DNA from: Octopus vulgaris | Taxonomy: Eukaryota | DNA length: 64,000 nucleotides | NCBI GenBank assembly: GCA_951406725.2 | Contig: OX597814.1 | Span: 222,456,001 to 222,520,000, forward strand | Direction of reading: 5' to 3' | The notes under the pieces: model-generated | What the model saw: only the letters and a program-made list of their open reading frames with translations | Told to the model about the DNA's origin: nothing | The model's database searches: none | Position numbers and translations under genes: made by a program | Part shown: positions 28,063-39,456 of the stretch, one piece after another | How the letters are laid out: each line of letters opens with the position of its first letter | Numbering within the stretch: the stretch's first letter is position 1

Positions 28063-28162
28063 TATTGGGCCTTTTCTGTACAAAAATACGAGCAAGATCT
28101 ACCTGTTTATAACTATTCAACCACAAACATACATAGCGACACATGCATATATTCATGCATAT

Positions 28163-28215
<53 letters not shown>

Positions 28216-28819
28216 TCATGAGGTATTTGTATTTCATTCTTTATGTACGTGCCAGAGCCAACATATGCAATATATTTGCGAGTATGTTTGCCTGTGAGAG
28301 CGTTTGGTTCAATACACGCAGTGACAGAGTAATCTTTAATTCCATGCTCACTAATTCTTTCTAACAGTTTCTTAAGTTATTGACAAAGAAAATGTTGAGA
28401 GACGAACTGGCTGATCTCTCCGTTTGTTGTCGAAGACATCATCATCATCATCATCATCCTCATCACCATCATAATCATCATGAAACGTGGTTACTTACAT
28501 TGGAGTATTAGCAGAGATGAGTACATACTTATTCATACTTAATCATATTATCGATGTCAAAGAGTTCAATTTGAGTTAAACACACTTAAGAGATATTGTG
28601 TGCTGAATGCTGTGTAATAGGAATCAGTGCGATACGAAAGTAGGTTATTTGGGTGCTGATGTGATCTTACGTAATTAATGTGGAAATAGTAATGGGCGTA
28701 GGCTTCTCAGTAAATTATGTCTCAGCTTTCTGTGTTTACAGTCATGTGAAAATGTGTTCAATGACCAAAGTCATGTATTACATATACGCATAAATAAGTA
28801 TAATCTTTGCTTACATACA

Positions 28820-28891
<72 letters not shown>

Positions 28892-29034
28892 TAAAAAATG
28901 GAGTTAACGCAGGTGTAATCAAATATTTTTACTTTCGACACATTTATTTTTTCCGTGTTAATTGTTAACAAGGTAAAAATACACTCATCTATATATATAT
29001 ATTTAAAAAAGGAGATGTGGAACACGAGTTGTGA

Positions 29035-29284
29035 TATATAAAAAAAGGAAATGAAGAAAATGCTGACAAAATAATTTAAGTAATTTAATTAGGTGAAAGT
29101 TCTTTTTACCGGTTGCGCATTTGTTATGCTTATCAAAAGTTTTTTCCTCTTATCAAATAAGAGGAAAAAAACTTTTGATAAGCATAACAAATGCGCAACC
29201 GGTAAAAAGAACTTTCACCTAATTAAATTACTTAAATTACTTAAATTATTTTGTCAGCATTTTCTTCATTTCCTTTTATATATA
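29035..29284. repeat. Near-perfect palindrome, ~120-bp arms, 3-nt loop
   Basis: Centre cctcttat-CAA-ataagagg (loop 29154-29156). Arms differ mainly by a 9-bp duplication and homopolymer lengths. Confidence 0.95.
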
Positions 29285-29360
29285 TATTATATAGTACTAA
29301 TATATATTTGTTAAAGACGATTTATCCTTTATGTTGGAAATCTATATGGTCATATATATT

Positions 29361-29437
29361 CTGAGGAGAGCAGTTTCTTTCAAACTGATGTTATATTTCC
29401 ATTGATCAATTAAGTGGAGCCGCACGAAACGGCCGTA
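29361..29437 (+). ncRNA. Hammerhead-like motif with long helix II insert; helix I partner missing
   Basis: CTGAGGA-GAGC...GCAC-GAAA-CGGCCG-TA, with palindromic helix III and GUA triplet. The sequence after the cleavage site does not pair with the upstream strand. Confidence 0.5.
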
Positions 29438-29444
29438 TTTTATT

Positions 29445-29860
29445 GACACCTGGACTCCCTAACACAACCTCTCAAACCAGCTCGTTCCCCTACTCCCGCC
29501 CACGCTGCCACATTAGCCCTTACCTCTCCAACACCATCACATCACCGACTCCTTCACCTGCACTTCTACCAATGTCATCTACTATATTTCCTGCTCTCTC
29601 TGCCCTTCTCTATACATCGGACAACCGGAACGCCGCTTGGCTGACCGGTTCATGGAACAACTCCGAGACCTCTGACTCGGTAATGTCACCCCGGAACCGG
29701 CTTATTTCTGCTCTACCGGTCACTCTCTGCAAAACCCGTGTTCGGATTGTCCTTGCACAGAGGCCAGCCGAACTCCCGTTTGCGCCGTGAACAGAGATTA
29801 ATCTTCTCTCTTCGCTCCTTTGCGCAACATGAGCTCAACTCTCACCCCTCTTCATTTATC
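29445..29860 (+). mobile_element. Penelope-like GIY-YIG endonuclease fragment (pseudogenised)
   Basis: From 29538: HITDSFTCTSTNVIYYISCSLCPSLYIGQPERRLADRFMEQLRDL*...GHSLQN/VFGLSLHRGQPNSRLRREQRLIFSLRSFAQHELN. Shows the classic VIY..YIG..R..R.E pattern of PLE endonucleases, with a stop and frameshifts. Confidence 0.9.
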
Positions 29861-30107
29861 CTACTCCCCTTTCCTCTCTCCTCCTCACATCTACTTCCTC
29901 CCACCCACCTCTCCTCTCTTGCTCCGACTCCTACTTCTCTTCACTCCTACCCACCTTCTTCTTTCCCCTTCATCGTTACTCTCCCTCGTAAGGCCCCTAC
30001 ACAATCCAACCCCACCCTCCCCATCCATCACTACAATTATTCAATTATATTTCTGCAACTTCTCAACATAAATTAAATAAGAATACATAAATAGATGAAT
30101 ATATGCA

Positions 30108-30160
<53 letters not shown>

Positions 30161-30247
30161 AAGGGTGAAAAGGAACACACGAGTTGATATATATGAAAAA
30201 ACAAGTAAAAATAGAAAATGCTAAAATAATTTTATAGTGAACATTTT

Positions 30248-30285
30248 CAGTACCGGTTTCGGTCATTTTGAGACCTTTTCAACTG
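30248..30285 (-). ncRNA. Minimal type I hammerhead motif, U3-A8 core variant
   Basis: Minus strand: CAG-TTGAAAA-GGTC-tcaaaat-GACC-GAAA-CCGG-TA-CTG. Helices I and II pair and helix III is palindromic. Confidence 0.6.
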
Positions 30286-30336
30286 TAACGATTAAATAAT
30301 TAAATTTAGAAAATTAGAAGAAAAGTTTTTTTAAAA

Positions 30337-30498
30337 GAATATTTCTATAGTAGTGTTCAGATTTAAGGGCATTCTGCCTTTTCTGACTCCCTTGTTTGCA
30401 CTTGTGTGTTCGAGGTACCTCGAACACACAAGTGCAAACAAGGGAGTCAGAGAAAGGCAGAATGCCACTTAAATCTGAACACTACTATAGAAATATTC
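30337..30498. repeat. Near-perfect loop-less palindrome, ~80-bp arms
   Basis: Centre ttcgaggt|acctcgaa (30416/30417); the right arm has two single-base insertions. Confidence 0.95.
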
Positions 30499-30557
30499 AT
30501 TTCTCAACATAAATTAAATAAGAATACATAAATAGATGAATATATGCATATATTGTT

Positions 30558-30599
<42 letters not shown>

Positions 30600-30653
30600 G
30601 CATTCATGCATGTATAATATATATACATGCGTACATACATTCACATATATTCA

Positions 30654-30716
<63 letters not shown>

Positions 30717-30717
30717 T

Positions 30718-30751
<34 letters not shown>

Positions 30752-32662
30752 TGTATGTATGTATATATATATATATATGTATGTGTGTATTATAGACGTG
30801 TGTATGTGTGTGTTTAGTCAGTATAGAGTAATTCTCAGAACGTATTTCGTGCCGTTCTGCATGCTCTTTGAATTTTATTTCTTAATTGATTGCTATCCTC
30901 AATATCGTTTTCCTTAATTGATTTTACAGGATAAACTTCTAAAATACAGAAGCATGTATATGTATCTACTACTGTACTCAGATGATTTTTATCTCTTTAA
31001 TCGTCATTGCAGCATAGAATTTTCAGAGTGGGGCAATCATAAGTTCCGAACATTTTTGAATAAAGGTGTGACAAGAGCGTGTATGTAATTCTCTTTCATA
31101 CAAATATCAAAAGGTGTTTCGTTGGAAATAAGTGTCTTGCGGCTTTCTGGTTTGCTTCAAGTTATTTTCCCTCTCCCTATATACATTTATTTTTGGCTTC
31201 ACAGAATGATGCATGCATTCTAATAGTCTCTTAGCAATATATACGAGTACAAGAACGTGACTTCTCCCGCAGGTGCTTATATATACACACACACACACAC
31301 TCTCTCACACAGACACACACACACACCTTCTCTAATTCTTATACAAATTCCTCATATACTTGTCTTTATACATATTTTATTCTTCTCTCCTTCAAACTCC
31401 TGAATTTCAATTCCTACATAGGTGTATGTTTTTTCATCGGTAATGCTTTTCTGTTCGTTTTTCTTATTAACAAAATTTGGGTTGGCAGAAATTCAACAAA
31501 TACTTGGTGAAGGTCCGATGCATGGCAGCTGAAAACAGCTGCAACCAACTGCAAACCGATTGAAGGAGTATACACGCACAACGTTTTAGAAATTGCATAC
31601 CATGAAAATTAAAATATTTGTCTTATATATGAAATAAATATCACCGAAAATCAAATAACTTTCGTTCATAGGTATACTTACATAAATGCACAGAACTGTT
31701 AAAAAATACATTTATAAACCCCCAACAAACACAATAGTCAAAGAAAACACATACCCAAATAGATAAATGAGTCAACAGATTGCTGCATGGTTTTTAAATT
31801 TTAAAATATATAGACTGAGTAATGTACATTATCACATCAAAGTCACAATATAATGAAACTGATATAAAGAACAACCGAATAGCCATCTATTGCTAAAATA
31901 CACAGTCTTGCACGTAGGCACACGTGTATGTATGCAAACATGAATTTATGTACGAGACGCATTACGCAATTTCTGTCTGTTAATTCCATTCACACATTCT
32001 TGGTTAACCCGATGTTGTATTTGAAAGTATTGTTGTGCAGTGAGATGAATCACGAAACATATGGTAACAAAAACAAACCACTCATCCATGTTACGTAGCT
32101 GCTCGGTTACATCATTGCGTTTGTTTTCTTTTTTTTTATGTACACTTTGAATTAAAGATAAACGGATGACTTTTCCACTTTGTCAAAGTGTTGATTAATA
32201 TCACAATTTCCTTAAATTCTATGTTTTCGTAAAAGAGCCCACATATGACCTCATTGTGCAGACTCATTTCTTCCTCGATTTCTATATGCTATTTTGTGAG
32301 TCAAACATTGATTGCTTCGAGGAAATCATGATTACAAGAGACCCTGGTCACTGCTGTCTTTTGTCACGTTTTCCTTTTTTTTTTAATAAATTCTTCGTGT
32401 AAAGAAATATAGTGGAAGCCTTCTATATTTGATGGTAAGAATAAAATTGGATTTATTGTGATTTCTTTCGTCGTTATAACGTGTATTTACATCATCCTCC
32501 TCTTACCTCCCCTCCTCCTCCTCATCATCTACATTATCGACTGTCTCTGGGCACACAGTGCTGCATACATATATATATGTTTGTATGTAGTATTTATGTG
32601 TGTATATGTGTGTACACACATACACACACATATAGACACAATTATACAAACATATAGATATA

Positions 32663-33497
32663 TAAGGTGTCCCAAAAATTACTGGTGGTTTTCAATTTTT
32701 AATAACTTCCTTAAGTTTACAAATAAATGCATAAAAGTTTGCTACATTATAAAGGACAAAATGGAAATTATACACAAGTCAAATTTTGCAACACCACTAC
32801 ATCACATGAAAACTGACATCGCTTAAATGGCAGTCAATTTCGGTTCGCACGCCCATGATCTTTCCAAAACGCGCACCATAAAACCCTCAAGAGTTTCAGA
32901 CTCCACTTCTCTGATTTTTCTATTGATGCTCTCCTTCAGTTGCACCAGGGTCTCCGATTTGTTGACGTAAACCCTCTCTTTCAGGTATCCCCGCAGGAAA
33001 CAATTTGGGCTAGTCAAGTCTGGGGAACGTGAAGGCCATTCAAAGTAGACCTCACACATGGTTCCAGCAAGATAGGGCAACTGCTCATACTACAAGAGAA
33101 ATAAGGCAATTATTACGGCGCTGCTTTGGAGAGAGAATACTCTCCCGCTACGGCAATGTCAACTGGCCTTCACGTTCCCCAGACTTGACTAGCTCGAATT
33201 TTTCTTGTGGGGATACCTGAAAGAGAGGATTTACGTCAACAAACCGGAGACCCTGGTGCAACTGAAGGAGAACATCAATAGAGAAATCAGAGAAGTGGGA
33301 GTCAGCAAAGCCGAAAATGGCTGTCATTTAAACGTTGTCATTTGTCATATACGTGATGTAGAGGTGTTGCAAATTTTGACTGCTGTATATTATTTTTTCT
33401 GATGTCCTGTATATCGTATCAACATTCATGCACTTATTTGTAAAGTTAATGAAATTATTAAAAATTGAAAACCATCAGTGACTTTTGGGATGCTCTG
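32663..33497. mobile_element. Fold-back Tc1/mariner (DD41D/rosa-like) derivative made of two inverted 3' ends
   Basis: TA-flanked, with TIR-like ends aggtgtcccaaaa / ttttgggatgctctg. Plus strand WFQQDRATAHT...WPSRSPDLTSSN / WGYLKERIYVNKPETL; the minus strand carries a second WPSRSPDLTSPN..GYLKERVYVNK copy. There are 41 residues between the second D and the third catalytic position. Confidence 0.9.
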
Positions 33498-33513
33498 TAC
33501 ATATACATATGTA

Positions 33514-33645
33514 GAGGCGCAATGGCCTAGTGGTTAGGGCAGCGGACTCGCGGTCGCAGGATCGCGGTTTCGATTCTCAGACCGGGCGTTGTGTGTGTTT
33601 ATTGAGCGAAAACACCTAAAAAGCTCTACGAGGCTCCGCGCTCCG
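33514..33645 (+). mobile_element. SINE family C, 3'-truncated
   Basis: aggcgcaatggcctagtggttagggcagcggactcgcggtcg...ggtttcgattctc matches 2069-2368. Confidence 0.85.
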
Positions 33646-33751
33646 CAGTGACTTTTGGGATGCTCTGTACATATACATGTTTATGAATAGCAGTCAAAAT
33701 ATCTTAGCTATTCCTTCTACTTTAAAGGGAGTTCTGATTACTTATGTATAT

Positions 33752-33800
<49 letters not shown>

Positions 33801-34398
33801 CTTACGCACACACGCACATAAATAGTAATGGTTTTTTTTTTTTTAACCTCTTTCTAATAGCCTGAAGTAATACGTTTTTTGTTCTTTTTTTTGTAGAGCT
33901 GTACGTTATTTTGTAAGGGTACCAATTTGCTTGTTTATGTTATCTGTATTTTTGTTTTAGTATTGTTCTCTACTGTAAGTCCTCTTTTCAACATAAATAT
34001 TTATTTTTCCAGACTTTCGTCTTGAATATTGATGTGCTGTGCACTACAGTAATCTGTTTTGTTTTGTGTTATATATTGTAAAGCATTGTTATTGTTCCTT
34101 TCTGCACGTGCATGACGAGCATGCTCATATATGTCGTTCAGATATGTGTTAGCATAAACTTTGGAGTCGAGAGTCTACACACTTCAGCTTCTCAACAGAA
34201 TTTATAATTCATCTTAGTCATTAGTAATTCGATTGTTACTGTATTTCATGACATTTTGCTTTTGCTAAGATTTCTTAACTTTATTTGCTTTCTGAAGTAT
34301 TCTAAGAGTATTTTTAAATGTTAAGTTTCAATTCTTACATGCTCTGCACATGCACGTCCATTTCGTTGACAATGTGTTGGTGAGTGCGTTTATGTACG

Positions 34399-34444
<46 letters not shown>

Positions 34445-34467
34445 AATAATTGCATATTATTAATCAA

Positions 34468-34866
34468 GGCGGCGAGCTGGCAGAACCTTTAAGACGCCGA
34501 GCGGAATGCTTGATGGTATTTCGTCTGCCGCGACGCTCTTAGTTCAAATTCTGCCGAGGTCGACTTTGCCTTTCATCCTTTCGGAGTCGATTAAACAAGT
34601 ACCAGTTACTCACTGGGGTCGATGTAATCGACTTAATCCGTGTGTCTGTCTTTGTTTGCCCCCTCTGCGTTTAGCCCCTTGTGGGTAATAAAGAAATAGG
34701 TATTTCGTCTGTCTTTACGTTCTGAGTTCAAATTCCGCCGAGGTCAACTTTGCCTTTCGTCTTTTCTGGGTCGATAAAATAAATACCAGTTGCGTACTGG
34801 GGTCGATCTAATCGACTGGCTCCGTCCCCCAAAATTTCGGGCCTTGTGCCTAGAGCAGAAAAGAAG
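34468..34866 (+). mobile_element. SINE family B dimer (Meta/MESC-like core)
   Basis: Head GGCGGCGAGCTGGCAGAA and core gcctttcatcctttcggagtcgattaaacaagtaccag. A second headless unit starts at 34699. Confidence 0.85.
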
Positions 34867-37240
34867 TAATAATTGCATAATTCATTGATCATATCTCACT
34901 CTTCTTTGGCTATTTAGCTTCCTTTCACAGTGAGATTTTAGGCAACATGTTTACTTCTATATCCGTGGCACATCCTTTCTCTATGCTAAACCGTCTGATG
35001 TACTTTCAGCAATGCCATGACAACGCAATAACTCGATAAATCAATATCTTAAGTTGCAAAAACTTTTCCTGAAATCAAATGTTTTTTTTTAATTCGATAA
35101 GTTTAACATTTTTCCGATTCTTCAGTAGACTTTATAAGCTTGATATTTCAATATTAAAATTGATAAAGGAAAAGTGTGTGCGTATGTGTGAGTGTGTGTG
35201 TGTGTTTGTGTGTGTGTAATCTATAGGAAAAAGGTAATATACTGGATAAATAACGGCCAACGGTATCTTACTGACGTAGTTCTCTTTTACACGAGAGAGC
35301 TGATATAAATGACTTTTCTACTGCAGTAGACTAAGTAAAAAGATGTTATACATCGACAGTTTTATAACATTAAAATTTCTATTAATAGCTGCTGCTATCG
35401 AGTCGATATAGTACTGGAGTTCTGACTGACAACATACTAAACGCATCGCGTCACCTGTGATGAAGTACTTTTATGCTTAAATCATTAATATATGAAAGGT
35501 CTTATTTTGCATCTCATCAGCAGAGACTACAATAATGAAGTCTTCTATTTTGACAGCTTGTGAATGCTGAATCCACAAATTTTGATCAGATGCGGCCGAC
35601 CGTCTTTGGCTAGGCTAAATATAAGTGGCCTAGATGCAGTTACGAAAACTAATTCATTATTATAGGGTGAAATGAGAAAAATGTAATCATACTGAAAACA
35701 TCTAAAACAGGTAACTCACTTCCAATTTTACAAATTTACGAATTTAATATCATATCTGAAACTGAAATGAAAAAAAAAAAAATAATGACGTTCACATATT
35801 TCTTGTGTGCATTAGCGATGTGATTGAACAATTTCCAAATTGGCAAGCATCTTGTTGATTTGGAATTCGATTTTTAACTAATTATTTATTTTAACTAATT
35901 TTTTTACTATTAATACTTCTCAGAATTTCAATGATATTAAAATATTTCTTAGATTTTCTGCTTGTTTTGTCTTAATGTTTCTCCCAGTAATTTAATATTC
36001 GGTTGCCAAGTATTTTTCTTTAAAAAATTAATTAGGTGTATCTTGGGCAATTGCTAAGCATCATCTTAATTTAATTCGAAATATCCACCTTCCGTATAAA
36101 AAATAATTCATTGAAACATACTGATGCTAAGGAAAGGAATTTTGTAAATATAACAAAATAAATTAATTAAGACAAATGGAAATAATTATCGAACATTTCA
36201 GACATATATTTTAATGCAGACAAGAAAATAAAAACATGTTTTTGAGATAATTAAATATTTTGAACAATCGCCCATGATATAAATATGGCAATAGTGCAAA
36301 AATATTTTAAATATGTAAACAAATTGAAAACGTAGGAAATATAATGTTATTCGCAGAGGACTCATAAACAATGTATTTTGATGCAGCTAATTTAGTACGT
36401 TTCATGGAGATGTGAAGTGCAGAGACTGTATAAAGTAATTGCTAGAATGATTTGAGATTTGCCTTTGGTTCGAAAGCTATTTAGTTGGAAGTAAGTGAAT
36501 CTCACTGCATGAGATACTGCAATATATGAGGTCCTCGTCGTTATGAGATTTGGGTTTGAATTATACACGGATTTATATAAGGTAATATTCTTATAGGGAA
36601 AGTAGCAATTAGCTCTTAATGTAGATTCGATAAACTGAACAGTCCCTCATATCATATATAAACTTAAAATGAAATTCATTAGTAGTTATTTGCAATCCTA
36701 GTGAAAGAATTATCATCTATATGCACAAGAACCAATCCTCAGTGGACACTAGCAGTTGTAATAATCTATGGGAAAGCTTGAGTGGTGTACTTTTACTTAA
36801 GTATATTGGAGAACATCTACTAGAGCTATATATAAGAAAAATACCCATAGATGTTATGTACACAAGTCAATACAAACGTTATGACAAAATCTTGTTGCTT
36901 GATTCAGTCCTCGACAATTGGATACACGTGCCGAGATAGAGAAGCCAATATTCTTGAAACATCGCTATTACTGAAATAAGTATATATAATTTGCATTAGT
37001 GATTGTTATTCCAATGGCCAAGAAAATCCAGAGAGAGAAAATCACCAAATATTTGTTTTCTTGCTGACAGCCAATACAATCTGATTGATAGAATAAAATG
37101 TGGAATTGATTCAAAAACATCGAAAATGGTCGAACTTCCTTCTATCTCCAAAGTTTACAGACACAAATTGTTTTCAGCAAAGGAAACAGAATAATCCAGA
37201 AAAGCATAGGAATTTGAAAACCACCCCCATATATATATAT

Positions 37241-37320
<80 letters not shown>

Positions 37321-38158
37321 TAAAAGTGAAGCATATCTGAATCATTGACGAACATATGGAAAGTCAGAGTGTTAATATAGTTGGAATTTGTGCAGAAGGT
37401 TAGGTATAGAGAAAGAAATAATACCAAACATGTTGAAATGTTACCTCACCAATGTTTAGCTAACGTTGACAATTCACGTTAAAAACCTCAGCAAAAGTGT
37501 TTCAGAAAATGCGTCTCTAGATGGGATGACAGGTAATAAGAAACATTCGGCCGAAGATTGTGTAGCGGTGTATTTTATCCTTTCACACTTATTCAATTTG
37601 TTTGTCGTTAATTATTGGCCTGCCTGTTTTCAACACGAACGGCATCTTTTATCCCTAGGTAACCAATATTACGCTCAGTTCCTTTCATGGTGAATTCAAT
37701 ATCTAGTTTATGTACCACGTATTTCAAGGTGTTTAATAACAATAAACAGTAATAGCCTTTAACAGTGTGTGACATCTTAGATTATCAACTATTTCACATG
37801 ATTCAGCGTCATGAAGATATGTACTTATATGTGTAATTACGTGGAACCGAATGCCATTAATGAATTCATAGGATATTGTGAGTTATGAGTCTCTCTATAT
37901 AAACATATGGATATTTTACATATATCTTGCAAACTGTAACACTTGATGTACTGATTAATAACATATTTATCGTTCCAGTGATTATATTTGTAGTTATTAT
38001 AGTATTTACATAATTATGCGAATATCATTAATTGTACTTGTATTTATTTTATCCTTCTCTGTTCATAGACTACATTACTTAAGCAATCTGTGTGTGCGTG
38101 TCTGTATATATACGTATATATGTGTCTGCGTGTGTATTTGCGCATACATGTGAATATG

Positions 38159-38198
<40 letters not shown>

Positions 38199-38315
38199 TG
38201 GACATAGGAATAGATTAATGTGAATCTTTGGTATATATAATATCTTGGATGCCGTTATCTATTAATTGCGATATTGATTTGGATATAAAAGCAAAAAAAT
38301 TCAAACTTCACTTAC

Positions 38316-38561
38316 GTCTGTAATGATCCACATGCGGTCCAGGCATTAATACGGTTTCGTAGTCCAGGTGCGTATAATTATGTAGACGGCATGTTTGTCC
38401 GAAATTGTCGTAATCGTATGATTTACATTCGAATGTCACTTCTTGTACACAATGTCGAGCACAATCTTCTACGCTTGAATTTGTCACTGTCTTTAATGGC
38501 AACGTTGATAAGTGTGCTTCCCGCATGCGTATAAATAGGCTTCTGTATGGCTGGATACTCA
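38316..38561 (-). CDS. Internal coding exon encoding one PAN/Apple domain (extracellular multi-domain protein)
   Basis: Acceptor tttttcttatatttcAG and donor C|GTAAGT; 246 bp, phase 1-1. Peptide xSIQPYRSLFIRMREAHLSTLPLKTVTNSSVEDCARHCVQEVTFECKSYDYDNFGQTCRLHNYTHLDYETVLMPGPHVDHYR has the PAN core C-x3-C-x7-C-x-S-Y-x-Y-x6-C-x-L and terminal D-H-Y. Confidence 0.88.
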
Positions 38562-38806
38562 CTGAAATATAAGAAAAATAAGAGAATTTATTATGAATAA
38601 AATGACAACATAATTATCTTTAAATTCATATGTGATGTGTGTTTGGGTGTAGTATTTGGTCTGCACGTGCATAGCTTTACAATTATCAACAAAATTCTGT
38701 ATTCCAAACTTACATACACGACCCGACGCTGAAACATGTTCGAATCATCATGCACACGTCATAGGCACCTGTTTATTCATGACATGAGATGAATCTCATT
38801 ATATGT

Positions 38807-38838
<32 letters not shown>

Positions 38839-38842
38839 TACA

Positions 38843-39052
38843 CGTTTCAGCAATTTGATTGCGGCCATGCTGGAGCACCACCTTAAAAAGGTTCTTTAGA
38901 CGAAGAAAACCACCCAAGAACTTACTCTTAGTCAGCCTAGCACTTATTCTATCGTTCTCTTTTGCCGGACAGCTAAGTTATGAAGACATAAACACACCAA
39001 CATTGGTTGTCAAGTGAAGGTGTAGGGAGAAACACAAACACAAAGTCTCACT

Positions 39053-39099
<47 letters not shown>

Positions 39100-39456
39100 T
39101 TCTTTACTACCCATAAGGGGCTAAACACAGAGGGGACAAACAAGGACAGACAAACGGATTAAGTCGATTACATTGACTCCAGTGCGTAACTGGTACTTAA
39201 TTTAATCGACCCCGAAAGGATGAAAGGCAAAGTCGACCTCGGCGGAATTTGAACCCTGAACATAACGGCAGACGAAATACGGCTACGCATTTCGCCCAGC
39301 GTGCTAAAGTTTCTGCCAGCTCGGACGGGCTTCTTTCAGTTTCGTCTACCAAATTCACTCAGTAGGCTTTGGTCAGCCAGAGGCTATAGTAGAAGACATT
39401 GCCCAAGTTAACACATGTGGGCGGAAAACAAGCGTCTTACCACACGACCACGCCTG
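38843..39456 (-). mobile_element. SINE family A interrupted by a nested family B SINE (39097-39323)
   Basis: Family A tail (38843-39050) and head (39324-39456) are separated by a family B copy inserted in the internal CA/TA microsatellite. Confidence 0.85.
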
